Notes: a model not told the origin generated them from the letters alone. A DNA stretch of 64,000 nucleotides from Podarcis gaigeae (GCA_964106915.2 OZ066922.1), one strand, 5' to 3'. Shown: positions 38,257-52,908, counted from the first letter of the stretch. Program-made: numbers and translations.

Positions 38257-38399
38257 TATTTAAAGTATAGAGAAATGTACACCCAACCCATCGACACCTT
38301 AGAGCAATAAAGTAAATTCTAAACCCTGTGCTCCCCAAAAATTTCAAAAGAAATGCGAAAGTTTCCTGAGAATGGGGGAGGGGTGCCTCTTTTCACAGG

Positions 38400-38403
<4 letters not shown>

Positions 38404-38435
<32 letters not shown>
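38404..38435. repeat. (TG)n microsatellite
   Basis: Directly visible. Confidence 0.95.
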
Positions 38436-38441
<6 letters not shown>

Positions 38442-39903
38442 GAAGGCAGCATTTGGCTAATGTGCCTTTGTCTGCTTTTTCCAGTAAGCAACTAGGACAG
38501 GTGATCCCAAAGGATGTGATGCGCACTAATTATTTGATTCATTTTAAGGTTCACCAGTAAAAAACACATTGGCCCTAAAAATACAGTGTTTTGCTTCCAG
38601 GAATCCCATTTGCTTCACACTCTATTTGGGCTAGTTTCCTGTCGCTGGGAGTTAGCTAGTATAGGGAAGGTTTGATCTGATTTAGAACATATTGTTCACT
38701 GGACACCAAACTTGCCACTTGACAATTATCAGTTCAAGAGAGTTGACCGGCAAACTGGCCCAATGATTTCCAAAACTTTAAACTAACCTACAGACTGCTT
38801 GAAGCAGCTGCAGATCTGCAAAGGCAGAGGAGGGAAACCCTGCTTTTTCAGGTTTTGCAGGGACTTCACTTGAGCTTCAGGAAGTACCAGCATCACTCTG
38901 CCTACCATGGGGAGGGGAAAGCCGCTTTGCAAGACCCGAACACAGGTTTTCCTCATCTGGTGTGGGGAAACAGGGGGGAGGAAGAAGCCTATTTTACAAG
39001 CACCATTAAACTCAAGAGATGCCTGTTTCACAGCAGATCAGAAAACAGAAGGGAAAACCCTGTTTTTTAATTCCACTGTAAAAAGGGGTTCTCTTGAAGA
39101 CACATTGCTTGTAAAATACCAGCATCTGTCTCTTCAGCCCCTGAAATGGCTTAAAGCAGCAAAGTGCTGTTAGAACCAGCCACCTGCCTCTGTCTAAAGG
39201 AAACATGAGGGCTGGCTTAAAGCGGCAAAGTGTCATTTGACCCAGTCTCTCCCATTCTTTAAAGAGCTGTTTCAAACAGCATTTTGCTCTGCTTCTTTCA
39301 GCAGGAGGAAGACCGCAGTGGTACCCTCTCCCCCTCATCCTTAAATAAGAAGGGAAGGGGTTCTAAACCCTGTCCTCTTGCCCAACAGTTGGTACCACCA
39401 GCAACATCAGCTGATGGGTGGGTGTAGCTTGGGAAATATGGAACCCCTTAAGTGGTCTAGGGGCTGGCAGTTCCATACCCCTGCTCTACATTATAGTTCT
39501 TCTGTAAGACTAGAGCAAACAATCTTAACACAATCATCATTACCATTCAAGATCACATCTTTGTATTCCAATCAATACAAAAGCAGAAGGATCAAACTGA
39601 GCTGCAGTCTACGTATCTATAATCTGACCCTACCTTCTCACAATATTTGTTTTATTGTGGGACAATCAATCCCAACCTTTAGTAATTACATCCTACATTT
39701 ATTCTGAATTCAAACTTTTTTTCCCTTAGGCATTTCTTAATATACAATTTAAGACATAATCATAGAATGAACTTGCAGAAATGCCCCCCCACCATCACCA
39801 ACAGCTGTTTACTTTGTTCTTTGTGACAATGTTTTGGACTCTGAAAGTATTATGAACCATATCCCTAAATCTACTAATTATTGCCCATTACCTTACATAC
39901 TAG

Positions 39904-40050
39904 AAACATAGGAAGCTGCCTTATACCGGCTCAGACCATTAGTCCATCTAGCTCACTACTGTCTATGCTGATTGACAGTGGCTGTCCAGAGTTTCGTACA
40001 GGAGTCTTCCCCAGCCGTATAAGGAATGTCTGGGATTGAACCTAGGATCA
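39904..40050 (-). mobile_element. Squam3-like SINE, 5'-truncated
   Basis: AACATAGGAAGCTGCCTTATACC...GACCATTAGTCCATCTAGCTC...GGGATTGAACC is the reverse complement of the family seen at 11455. Confidence 0.8.
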
Positions 40051-40865
40051 CTAGCACAACCCTTCTCAAGCTGTGTGTAATGTGCTTACATTGAAACATG
40101 TTTAGTCCCAGGCTAGGCTCTTCCTGTTCTACTTCACTTTCTAATCTGAGTTTTAATTGTTTTAACCTACTGCTTCTAATCATTCATTTGTTTATTTGAT
40201 GTCCGCTCTTGCCCTGATTTTGTGTTATAAACTGCACTGGGAACTATTTGGTTGAAGGGCACTTGATATGTTAAATAAACCAGCCAACAAAAAAAAGTGG
40301 AACAAATAGTAAGATGTCACTTGTAGAAGGTTAGCTATTTCATGTGCATGCATGAGCAAACTGATTGCGCTGTTCAAAAGTAAAGACCCTTTTGTAAGAA
40401 ACAAGTTTTAGTTATGAGATCTGTATAATTTGCCTTCCACTTAAGTGGATAGCAACCCATTGTGAAATTGCTATGACTGCACTGAAATAACAAAGCATGA
40501 TGTTCCCATCATTATCTTCATATTATCCAGGTTTCTACCAAATTACTAATTACCCAGAGTAAACAAGGTCTTTCTCTATTAAGCATGTAGGAAAGTGTGT
40601 GTCTCAATCAGTAGGGCTATAAAGTGGCATTTGCCTCCAAAGGTTCTAACTGGCATTTGCAAATGAATCTGTTTTCTAAAAAAAAAAAAAATACATGAAC
40701 ACAGAATAGGGAAAGGAGATGGGTGGGTGTGGGTATAAGATTCTGTAGACTATGAAACTAACCACTACAATTTAACCAAATTCTCCCAATCTTCATGTAG
40801 TCATTTTGCCGGTTGCCATTTTTACAATACTGACTTAGCTCAATTACAACTGTTCACTATCATAC

Positions 40866-40997
40866 CTGGTAGATATCAGACAGGCTGCTGCTTCCAGAGT
40901 CGCTAGTGATACTACATCCTGAATGACTAGATGAAACGTGGGTCACCTGTGGGTGGAGACTGTCAGTAAGGTGCAGTTTTGTGAAATCTGCAGGAAG
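40866..40997 (-). CDS. RAPGEF2: RAPGEF2 coding exon (first shared exon after alternative N-termini)
   Basis: 132 nt, absent from the ORF track; cag|CTTCCT...TACCAG|gtatg; [44 protein letters not shown]. Confidence 0.97.
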
Positions 40998-42750
40998 CTG
41001 TAGACAGAAACAGAAAAGGCATAATTAAATTGTGTACCTAGACATTCACTTCATAAACATTTGAATGATTAACAGTACTCGTCAGTACTAAAACCATACA
41101 AAATTCATTAAGCAAATCCTTAAGGACAGAAGGGTTGAGAGGGTGTTTCAAATGTATGCTTTGTAAATATGTGACAAACATTGACATTACTATGGCTGTT
41201 GCTGTAAATGTAAGAATGGAATATGACATGCTAAGAACAAACCCTTTAGTGAACATTTACTCACTGGAATCATGTGAACGGTCTCAAAGGAATCAGTGGG
41301 TGTTACCATGACTATATTTAGGATGGCAGTCACTGGCTTTTGTGAGATGAACACCTGTTAATGCACAAATACTTGTGCCAAGTAGGGTTGAGGGAGCAAT
41401 GCTTAAATATTGGAATATGTTTCAAACTTGTGTGATTCAGTTTTTAGAAACTAATGAGAAGTAGGAAAATATTACTTAATTTGTGAGGCAGAAATGCAAA
41501 ACTATAGCTATGGATCATGCAACACGTAAGCGACTGAAATTGTGTTAAACAAAGAAAGCTCTGAAATTTCTATAGTCTGGTTTTTTTTAAAAAAAAATGA
41601 TGCTCATGGCTAGCATAACCTCTCAACTGCTATGTTGTTGTTGTTTAAACACAGGTTGGTTGACAACATAAAATACTTTTTGGGGGGCGGGTTGTACTAT
41701 TTTTTTCTAAGCAGTAATCTGAAGTAACAAATAAATAGTAAAATTATTTATCTCTCTAACCCTTAATTGTTCATTCAGAACCTATGTTGGTCAACTACAG
41801 TCACCATTCATTTTATGCTTCTCCCATAGTTCACAAATTTCCAGAGGAACCAAAAGATACAGACCCCTGTGATGCATGCATACTTAATAAGAATTTGGAG
41901 GTAGTTTCCCAAGCTTTAGACATGCGTACCACACTCCAGACCCTCTCATTCAATTAGAATGAAAGTGGATAGGGGAGTGCATGGGACAGGAATAATAAAC
42001 CTGCCTTTGCTATCTGCTCTAGCTACTTTCTTTGTTTCCAGTTCCCCTATAGGAAATGAACCAGCAGAAGTTGGAGCTCAGCTAGATTAGTCTCTATCTG
42101 GTTGCCCTCTACCCAAACTACAGCTTTTAAAGAAGTTACAAGACACTACTGAAAAGCACGGCTCCAAAGAGCCACACAGTCCTCTTTAAATATTTCCACA
42201 GCTGTGCCTGAACCCATTCAGCTGATATTGACAGTGGGAGGTTATGGAAGAAGCTACTACTTGTCAGCTAAGCACAGTAATAAGATCATTCCAAAGCACT
42301 TCCCCACTACTAGATTCTACTTTCAAAATGCAGAGCCTACATAAGATCACCATTTCCACTGTAGAGAGCAACATGCCCCTACATCACCTAATAAGAACAC
42401 TTATACAATCTTGCACAACTCTAAACCTAATCTACCCTGCCTAGTTTTTCACTTAAGAATCTTATTATATTGTTTAACTAAATCATTGCACACACAAAAT
42501 AACGTCCATTAGTACAATGGAACTTCCCTTCTCCTACTCACCCTGCCCCCTCAAACATGCTCCCAGAGCAGATTTTGGGGTAGCGCTGGGTACAGGCGGT
42601 AAGTGAAAAGGAATGGAAAATTATGTTGCCTTTGCAGAAGTCATTCCACACATACACAATAATTTAGTTGCATACAACTCTAAATATCTGCATATTAAAC
42701 TAAGTGCATAAAACCCCCACTCCTTGAACTGCTCATATATAGACCTAAGA

Positions 42751-43030
42751 TAAACCATGGCTAAGTGCAAACATGTGGGTTCCTCAAGAGGAGATTATGG
42801 CCACTTTGGTCTTGCTTTGGCCCTGCAGCAAATTAATTCATGGCTTGGCTTCATGCTGCAAACAAGGTTTGTTCTTGGTTTATAACTCGTTGCTTGTCTG
42901 GAGAAAACAAACCACAAGCCATGGTTTAAATGAACACACTTGATAAATTCACAGCAGTGCAGCAGGACCAGAGGAGCAAATTAGCTACAATCTCCTCTCT
43001 GGGAGGCTGAACACACAAAGCCATGGTTTG
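42751..43030. mobile_element. Old palindromic MITE-like repeat
   Basis: AAACCATGGCT...GAGGAGATT at left and AATCTCCTC...AGCCATGGTTT at right; related fragment near 53100-53220. Confidence 0.5.
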
Positions 43031-43037
43031 ACGTACG

Positions 43038-43080
<43 letters not shown>

Positions 43081-43525
43081 AGAATAAGGCGTCACAGGTC
43101 AAAACGTTTACAGAATACCGTCACCATGTATAGAGAATACTACAATGTAGAGTTATGATTCTAGTGTGTGTGCGCGCGTGCGCAGGATGGCCACACCTCC
43201 AGTTGGTTTGTAGGCCCCAGAAAGTTGGAATTAGCCCTACCCTCAAAAAAGGCTAGCCACCCTTGCTCTACAAATGTTCTTCTTTTTCTGGTATTCAGGA
43301 CTGCTCTTTTGTATCAAAGCCAGATTCCAAAAACTAAAGCAGAATTACACGGTGCTGTTAAACACTGATCTAGGAAGCACCATTTTGTACTAATTAAAAC
43401 TAACATACTGATGAAGAGTATTATCCAAGAGTCATTTATGGGGTGGGGCAAATTGGGAAAATAACAGAATACAGAAGTGTTTGTTAAAAGTAGCCTAGAG
43501 AATATGGATGCAGAAATGTGAATTC

Positions 43526-43584
43526 ATGATTGTCACTATAGTTCACAGTTAAGTACAGTAACTGTGAACTATAGTGACAATCAT
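43526..43584. repeat. Perfect 26-bp inverted repeat with 7-nt loop
   Basis: ATGATTGTCACTATAGTTCACAGTTA-agtacag-TAACTGTGAACTATAGTGACAATCAT. Confidence 0.95.
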
Positions 43585-46500
43585 AGTTTTATTCCACCAA
43601 AAAGTAGAATAGTCAGTTACAATTCTAAAGTGATTGTGATTAAATATTTAGGAAAACAAATTATGACCCATTCTAAAGCAGCAATTTCTCAATGTTAAAG
43701 CTCATCAGTATTTCAATAGGAAATTGTAAGGAATAACTGGGTATCTTACTTAAGGAAAGTATGAAAGGGCCATTGAAATGCTCTGTTAGTCATCATTTCT
43801 GAGTGACCTTATAAAGAGAATCATAACTATGGCTGACCCAGATTAACAAAGTCCAAAGACAAAGGCATTTCAAGGTCCTATGGTAAATTATTAAAATAGA
43901 TTTTCTATATTGTTTCAATTCTACAAAGCCAACATAAAAACATTTTAAAAGTGTACTGTTCTGGAATCTTGACTATACCACAGGGTTGTCATATACTATT
44001 CCTTCTCATGCCCTTTCTAGCAATATGATTGTAACACTGAGCTACTTTGCAGAGTGGAGGTAACTCACACATTCGCAGCCACATCACCCCCTATAATATG
44101 ATACAATATTGGACTTTGTTGTGCAGGCCATTTTTTTCAATCTGCCTTTGCTGCTAACCATTTTGTTTTGGGGTGCCCAGTTACATCACTAGAATCCTTT
44201 GTATTGTGAGGATAACATGGTGAGGGAGAAAATAATGTATGCCTCATTGAGATCACTGGAGTAAAGCTGGGATATAAACTGAATAAAGAAAATTAACGAA
44301 TGTACTTCACCCATCCACCCCCAGTCCATTTCCCAACAAACTCTCTTTGCCTGTTACTCTCACTCAGCAATCTATTAAACTCCCAGGCTTCTCTCAAAAC
44401 AGTTTAGTAATGAGTATGTGAAGGGACACCCTTCTGAATTCCTGTTGCCTAACATTAGCCATAAAAATGCATTTTAAACAAAGATTACAAATATTTTATG
44501 CAACTCATGGGTAATAATGACACTTACTAGACATTCCTCTTGACCTAACACAACAAACTATTTCCCCAAAGTCACAGTACAGATATATTTTCCCCTAAAC
44601 AACCCCAGCAAAGTCTGTAGAAGAAAAACACACATATCTTGCCAACTTTTGAGCATCAAAAGTCAAGTGGTTAACAAAATCAGAACAGTTTCTTATCCTT
44701 TCTATCCCCAAATCAGCATGAACCATCCTCAAGCTTACCTTTCCCATGATGCCAAGTTTCAAATCAATCCATTGAACTATTTTCTAACTGTACTGTCTTC
44801 TCTCCCCCCAAAAAATTATCATTATAATGGCAAGATTCAATATAGCTGGCTCACACTTAATATAGTGTCAATACCGTGGCCCTATAAATCCTGACAAGTG
44901 ATGGTTAACACTTCATGCATCTGTTTTTTAAAAAATCTTCTATAATTTATTTTGAACAAATTACATCCTCTCAAGAATACAACTAGAAATGCAAAAATGA
45001 GGGAGGGGCAGCTTTTAAAACAGAGGGAAAGAAGAAATGAAATAAAATTACAGACCAAGTAATAATACAAAGGCTTTGCACAGTGTACTACAGTAAGCAA
45101 CATTAGGCACAAGGTTGTCGTAACAATACTGTAATTCAAACAGTAATAATAATATAATTATATTTTCTTGTTCTTCCAGATGTGAGGGAGTGTTATCCAA
45201 TACCTCTTTACTCAGGAAACAATATTACCACATTCAAAGATATACAAAGGCTGGGAGTTACCTCTTATTAGCGAAATCAACAAAGTCATGTATCAATTGA
45301 AGTGGACTGCAGCCCACAAAAGTACACTGTCATAAAAGCATCCTGGTCTTTATTGGTTTTGCAGCCTCTTTTTTCTTTCTGCTCCTATAGAGCAACACAG
45401 TGACCTGTCTCAAAGTTGTTCACACAGAAATGCCAACACGCATTCAGCACTCTTGCTACCAAAATGTTTTCCCCTCAAATAGCTACACTGGCATTCTGTC
45501 TATCCTTACCTTCAAGTTCCCTTCATAGCCTTGCCTCCCATATCTCACATTTCTAATATTCCAATACATCCCTCCCCATGATATTCTCTCAAGCTCCACC
45601 AACATCCAAAGATCTCCTGCTCCTTCAGTGGCAACCTCCTCTCCTTGCTGAACTGTATGTTTGGAATTTCCTTCAATCGTACCAGCATGATGTCAGCTCT
45701 CTGACTTCATAAAAACAACATATGAGGACACCTCATTAGTTACTCCTGTCCTAACTATAGACCAGCCTGTAAGGAAGCCTAAGCACATGTGACCAAAATA
45801 ATCACATAATGCTTCCCTATTAATTTCTGGAATAATTGAACACTGCCAGTTGAACAATAAAATCTAGGTTAAAAACAAGGTTTGCAGTTATTCATCTTAT
45901 ACACTTCTTATTTCAAGGCAATTCATTTTCTTTCCTAACCAAGTGAAACATTGGAGGAAATATTAGTCGTATGGTTCAGTGATTTACAGGGCGGCAATCA
46001 ATATACCTAATTACAGAATAATGAACTGATTTCTATTGATTTCATTTATAGACATGATGCACAAGGACATGCCCAACATAGTGTTAAATCTAACAGACAG
46101 TTTACACTGGAATGTAACTAATTAATGCTTTATGTTTGTATAGTTTTAGACAGCATGGAGTAGTTACTATAATTTCACATATATAACCTTCCACATCTGC
46201 TCTACAAACAAACTGTGGGGAAATATGATACCCATAAAGATCAGTGGACACACTAACTAAACTGCTCATTTACATAATAAGTATTATTTCATAGTTTTTG
46301 TTCATATATTACAGAAATAAGGGTAATTTCCAACAACAACTTCATGGGTCAAGGAAAAACTAAATTACAAGTCAGGTGTGTGTGCGCGCGCATGCACGCA
46401 CACACACATTCAAGATTCATAATATATCTGGAAATAGGCAACTTAAGACAACAAATCTAGATGATTTGTTAGAATAAAAAATGATTTCAGATACAAAGTA

Positions 46501-47569
46501 TTACAACAACTGCATTAGTATCAATTGTCGGTGCCCTATGTGAAATAAGTTAGCAGGGACTAAAACTTTTCCTGTACTTACTCCAACTTTACAGAACAAT
46601 CTTCTAAAGTGCCCGATGAAATCAAGGAGTACCTGTTGCTATAGCTGCTTTGACGCTAAACAGGTATGGTTTGATTGATGCTAGGCTGGAAAACAACAGG
46701 AAGCCACATTTAAGTTGTTCCAAGCTTCCAAAAGAAGACCAGAACCCGTGTAAAGTAAATAGCATGATTGTCAGGCTATGGCTGTCAAATAAAATGGCTA
46801 ATTTTGGGTCTTGACCTCACTGGCTAAAAAGACCTTCATTCTTGTCATTGTACCCTTTACTGGCACCACCACTTGCTTCATACAACTGATTTCCTATGCT
46901 AAATGGAACCTATTAATTTTTCAACATATAAGATGCTAAGCAAACATAAAAACCATAGGAACCATATAATTCTCCTATCATCTACTTCTAGGGTATTAGA
47001 GGAGTTCTTATATTCAAGTGCACATGTTCAGCTACAATCAAATGGAGTTAAGCAGCTCCCAACCTCTGTGCTGGATTATTGCATCTGAGTTTGTGTATAG
47101 TAATCTGTTTCTTGTGATTTATTATTCACTGGTTTCCAATTAATCATCTCCCTGGAATCCTGAGATCAAGCAATTGTCTCTATGTATTATTGTAAAAAAA
47201 ATCTTTATTGGCCAGGTATTATAAAGTCATATTTTACAGTGGGAAACATAAAGATAAATGTTATGAACCACATCTCAAAAAGTCATTAACAGAGCTTTTT
47301 TGAGATCCTCCAATGCCTTTACAAAGAGAAAGTGACGACGTGAGCAGGTATCATAGCATTCTAAAAAGCGACAGGTGATGTTTGAAAAATGAGGTGGAAG
47401 CAGTATAATCAGATCTGCTGGGAAAGGGAGTTCCTGGCTGAAGCTGCTGGATCGTGGAAAGGCATTAAAAAGCTCCAACTGTTATCCCATCGAGTTATTC
47501 TATGCAATCTACAGAGGTATTAACAATTAAAATATTAAATAAATAAGGAGCAACTACAAGGGACAGCTA

Positions 47570-47675
47570 AGGGTGGTATTCAACCAAGTTTTACTCAAAC
47601 CCATTGAAGTTAATGGACCTAACTTAGTTATGTTCATTAATTTCAATGGGTTTCATCTGAGTTCAATAGCACCCT
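47570..47675. mobile_element. Short hairpin MITE (GGGTGGTATTCAAC ends)
   Basis: Imperfect terminal inverted repeats with internal CCCATTGAA/TTCAATGGG; related copy at ~52801-52905. Confidence 0.55.
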
Positions 47676-50600
47676 AAAATTGCAGCAAATAACTTATTTT
47701 GTAAATCTCACTTTGAAATAAATTTATTTATCAATAAATAGCTCTGCATTTTAAATTCAAAACATACCTGTATTTCTTATCATTAAAAAGTTTCTAAATT
47801 TAGATTGCAACAATCTAACAGTGGATGGAAATAGGAAAGGGCCTCTCTAGCCTCTTTTAATTCTTGCACTGTAAGCAGGGCATCCAAGCATGCTATTGTA
47901 GCCCAGCCTCAACAGTCTGTGTGAACAGGTAAATATATTACAGGCTCCACAGGTCACCTGGATCCTACCAAGTTGAAAGCTACAGTACCCCTGATGGCCA
48001 TCTGTTATTAATCTGGAGATCCCATAAACACTAGTGTTTATCAGCCAATTCTTGGCCAACACACCAAAGTTAATTGGGCCCTTTAACCAGGGGTCAAAAT
48101 TTGCTCATTAGCAACTCAGTTCAATGGGGATTAAACATAACCAGCAATAAAGACCACAGACTCAAGACTAGAACTAAAATGAATCAGTCAGCTTATTGGT
48201 GTCCAGTGCTTCTTTCAAAGCATATTATTATCTTTATTTGGAAGGTAAAGACACTCTGAACTTTGTATCACAGCATAGGAACATAAAAACAATGTAGTAC
48301 TGCAAAAATAAAATATACTAAGAATTGTATAAGAACAACATTAAAATAGCTTTAAGAAAGCAATCCATCAGAGTTTATTTCCTTTCTTAATTGACGATTT
48401 GGCCTCCTTTTGACTTATTTCAGCCCATCTAGTTGTGAAACAGAATTTCTCACATATTAGCATTTTGGAATAAAGTTCAGTTACCCATCCATGGCTGTGA
48501 GCCAGGATCCTGTGGGTTTCAGCTGAGTGAAAACACATGAAGCAAAGTTGAACAGACAGCAAGTGGAGGGAGTTGGGGAGAATGTTTCTTTGTAAAAGTA
48601 TGATGCTGTTTTTAAATTTACCATCATCTAAGATGCTAACATCTCACATGCAGTGTTAGAAACTGAGATGTGAAAGCTAAAAGCTAAAGGCACCTTAAGC
48701 CTAGGTTATGGGTGCAACAATGGAATGTCTAGGCACACTTTTTTATAACAAAAATACAAAGCTGAAAATGAATGAACTGCAGCTAAAATATTAATTTTTC
48801 ACATGGTCTAGGCCTTCACCTGCCCACCCCCCTAATATTCTTAAGAGGGTATCTTCCTCAGTCTTCAGAGAGTAGCTGGAAGTGGGGAGGCAGAAAAAGG
48901 TCCTCCTTTCCCTCTACTCTGCAATTTTAATCTGAAATCTTAAGCACAGTACCGTTTTCAGAGCTCAGAAACTGCTCACGCTAATGAAATTCCCTGTTGC
49001 AAGATGCACCTAGAACAATGGGAGTTTCAAGCACTGCTTACATGACTACTGAGAATCAGCAAAAGCATGTCGAAATGTTGCAAAGCTTATTTTCTTTCAT
49101 TCATTTTGATCCATCATGGCTGCTCTACTGTTTGCTGAAAATTGCTGTAGATGATATGTACTTAGTTGGGTTCTGAGTAACACCTGCAGGGTAATTGTAC
49201 AGAGATATGAGCATCATTTTCCTCTGTCTGCAAACTACCCAAGTGGTGCAGGGAAGGTACCTGAGCATTGCTGTCAATGTCCCTAATTTGAGATGGATGG
49301 TGCCTTAGCATTACCACTGGCTATTTGAAAAGGAGCTGTGAATATAGGCATGTTTTTAAGATTATCAATTCTGGCAGAAGTTAAGTAAAAACTAAGCATA
49401 TTTGTTTTAGTTTAGAAATACTACCTCACCAAATATTTTTCCTACATCTACAATAAGTTTCCTACTTTCCTGTAGTAGTAAAAGTAGGAGGAACACAGAT
49501 CTGTTCATTAATGCATTGCATTGCCTTTTTTTTTTTTTTTTTTTTTAGTATATGTCTAGCAGAACAACATTGTCTGGCAAACATCATCTGCCAAGGAAAA
49601 TGGCAAGAACATTGATTTCCACGTATCTATTTATTTAAAACCACCCTTCAAGAGATTCGGGATAGTATAGGGAAGAGCAAATAAAAGCTAATTCAGAAAT
49701 ATATAGATGCAATTGTAAACCAACAAATGAATATAAAGGACAATAATGCATCAACAATTAAAACCTAAACAGGCAAAGATAATCTAAAATTAAGACATGA
49801 GTTTACTAGTATGAGAAGAGACATTCCTTCAAGTATTTAGCCCAAACCAGTTAAGACTTTTTAAGGTAAATATAGCATCTTAAGTTGGGTTCATAAGTAA
49901 ATAGAATACCAATGACATAATGTATGGTTGCGATTCAACATTTTTGTGCACTATAGGGATGTGTTATATTTCTTCAGCATGACAAGTTTTAACTGCCAAA
50001 TTGCTAGCCCAACTCTTATATGGTGTTCAGATTTTGATTTTGAATTCAAGTGTTGAAAAAGTTTGTTCAAGGCTCTTAAGGGCTATGTTTCGTGTCCTAA
50101 ACTATGTATCAGCAGCAGCAGTCCTGAGCTTAGAGATGAGGTTTGAATTCTAGAGTGAAGAGAAGAGGCAGAGATTAGCTCTGACTAGAAGGTCAGATAA
50201 TTATTTCCCACCCTTCAGGAACCAAGTTGCAAAGGTGAATGGGGACTTCCCATAAGTCAGTCCTGGGCTATCACAATGATGTTGGGTAACTCTTTTTGCC
50301 TGCGTGGACACCGATGATCAACTGATTGCTGGGTCTTGTGAAGCCCCTTGCAAAACACTCAGCAATATCCAACACAGATGATTGTCAAGTCATGCAAACC
50401 ACTGTGCACAGCACTCTGCACAAAGCTGTGTTGCTGATTGGTGTTGCATGCAAACACATAATAATAAGCACACCAGAGTTCAAACACAATGTATAAGGAG
50501 GTCTGAAGACCCGCCATTTATAAGGAATGATGTTAAGAGTAGAAATCCCAATGAACTTCTCTATGTTTGGGCTCAGAAAGAGATGATAGTTCTTCAAGCC

Positions 50601-50943
50601 CACATATTCTTTTCCAGTTCAATTAAAATCTGTGCTAAAAAAACCCCATGTAAGTTTGTGCACCACCTACCCACCTGCCCCCTTACTACCAAGACATCCT
50701 TTCTCACTGCCCCTCACCCTCAAGATCCAGTGGTAACAGCAGTACATGGAAAGGAGAATTAGGTCTGTCCCTCTCTCCATGCTTTCTGTCCACCTAATAC
50801 TCTGCAACCTCCAAGACAAAAAGCATAATGGCCATGGGGAAGAGATAGCATGCCTTTCTCACTGCCAAATCAACAAATTAGAAGTATGTGAGATTGTATT
50901 TTGGTAGTGGGGGGGCAGAAGAGATGAGTAAATGGGTTGGCTA

Positions 50944-51072
50944 ACAGCCTTCCTGCAATTCCCTAAGTGAGTCTGTTGCCTTCAGGTGCACTGTCCTACT
51001 GACATCAACACTGGCAACAGGACAGTGCACCTGAAGGCAACAGACTCACTTAGAGAATTGCAGGAAGGTTGT
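50944..51072. repeat. 54-bp inverted repeat (2 mismatches), 21-nt spacer
   Basis: Arms 50944-50997 and 51019-51072 are reverse complements. Confidence 0.93.
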
Positions 51073-52419
51073 GAGACACACATTGCTCTGTCCTTCAACA
51101 TTAATTGCTTCTCTCTGCCTCTCATCACCTGCCACCAGAGGCAGTTACCTCACGCTCTTCTGAACTTCCAATATTTGTTCTTCGGGGGGGGGGGAGTCCC
51201 ATCCCCTCTGCCACATAAATGCACATGTTCGCAATTTTGCATGCCTAAAAACCCCACCAACATTTTACATCATTGCAGATTAGTTCAGCTCACTAACATA
51301 CAATAGCTTAGTTTTGTATTCCCAAGACAATTTAATGCAAATTTACTGAAGCAAACTTGCATGAGCATTAGTATATAAACGATAGAAGCATTACGTAAGG
51401 CTAAAAAGGGTGAAACCTCAAAAGGTTGCGGAAGGCAAAATAATTTTATTTTACAGCATACTATGACCAATGCATTTCAGCTCATCACCCTTGGAACAAC
51501 ATGCATAAAACAATGCATTCTAAGTGAACTGCAATGTGGAATAAGATCTGCTGGCTCCTGAAGAGGCTGACAAGCTGAAATGGAATACTATATTATTTTG
51601 CTTCCAGCATTGTTCCAGGTCTTCAGATATTCCTCTTTGGTGGGACAGGAAGCTTCTTGTCCCTTAGGTACCACCCATCTCTTTTTTTCTGTTGGCGTTA
51701 TGAATAAACCAAGTGGCACCATCATTGCAAAGTTGCTTTGAGACAGTTTAACTTGGCCAATTTGTTTTAAATCAGGGTGAGGAATCTATGGCCCAAGAGC
51801 CAAACTCTCTCCACAGTCCTGCTTCATGTTCTCCTTGGGTATTTTTGCCTGAAAGGAATGTGTCCTCGAACTCTGATAATGCCTCTTACTTCTCTGGATG
51901 GAAGATTGTGTGTGTGCACGTGTGCGAGCGCATGTGCCTACTGTACAAGGATAAAATTTGCTCTGCCCAGTGTTGCCTTTACCCTCCTCTGGCATGAAGT
52001 CTGTCTAGATGAGAATGTGGCCCTCAGAATGAAAAGGTTTCTCCACCTCTATTCAAAACAGAGCTAAACAATTTGCTAAACAAACAAAAAACTCCAAAGA
52101 GCTGTGTCACCAAGCTTCTCTCTCTCTCTTTGCATCAGACACCTGCAGGAAAGGCCCATGAGCGTGCTGCTTTTACATGGCAAAAGTAGTGCCACTAATA
52201 TTTGGGTGCCTGAGAGCAGCTTAATATCCATATTACCTTCCAAACTACTATAGGACAAAAATTCTTATTTGAATGAGTGTCATGTATGTCACAAATAATG
52301 GAAGGGGGAATGTGTTAATTCAGTGCTAGTAGACCATTTAAGGGTATGTTACTAGTTTCCCCCTCCCCTCAGAAAAACAAACTGTTTAGCAACTAACTAA
52401 CTTAAAGATTGTTACTACT

Positions 52420-52451
52420 AACCAACCAACCAACCAACCAACCAACCAACC
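52420..52451. repeat. (AACC)n microsatellite
   Basis: Directly visible. Confidence 0.93.
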
Positions 52452-52908
52452 AGGGGAAAGGCCACTAACAATGGCAAACATGTTTACAGGTTTGCAGGAC
52501 CTGAACCATCCACTAGCCAACTGGGATAAGGTTAAGAAGATACAAATAATTACAGAATAGTTTACTAGTTTGATAATTTGGAAAATTAAGCCGACTGTAT
52601 TTGGGCATACATGACACAGACTCTATGGAGATTCCAAAAATCTGACAAGGCGAGAGTTTAAATTCTCAACCTAGAGTAGCAATTTACAAATATTCTGTAA
52701 AATGAAATAGAGCATTTAGAAAATCAAGAAATAGTAGTATTGCTAATTTCAGTTCAATAAGTTGCATGGCTATTAATATAGATTCAGACAATAAACACCT
52801 TGGTGGTATTCAACTAGGTTTTATGCAGAGTAGGCTTATTGAACTTATAGGACCTAACCTACCCATCGTCATTTATTTCAATGAGACTGTTTAAAACTTA
52901 GTTGAAGA

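Noticed and set aside
44733-44760. Strong AAG|gtaagc donor preceded by ATG GGA AAG
   Set aside because: No acceptor or promoter evidence; isolated donors are common
51557-51585. CTGAAGAGGCTGACAAGCTGAAA hammerhead-like core
   Set aside because: No stem III/UH site or stem I pairing; at most a dead remnant
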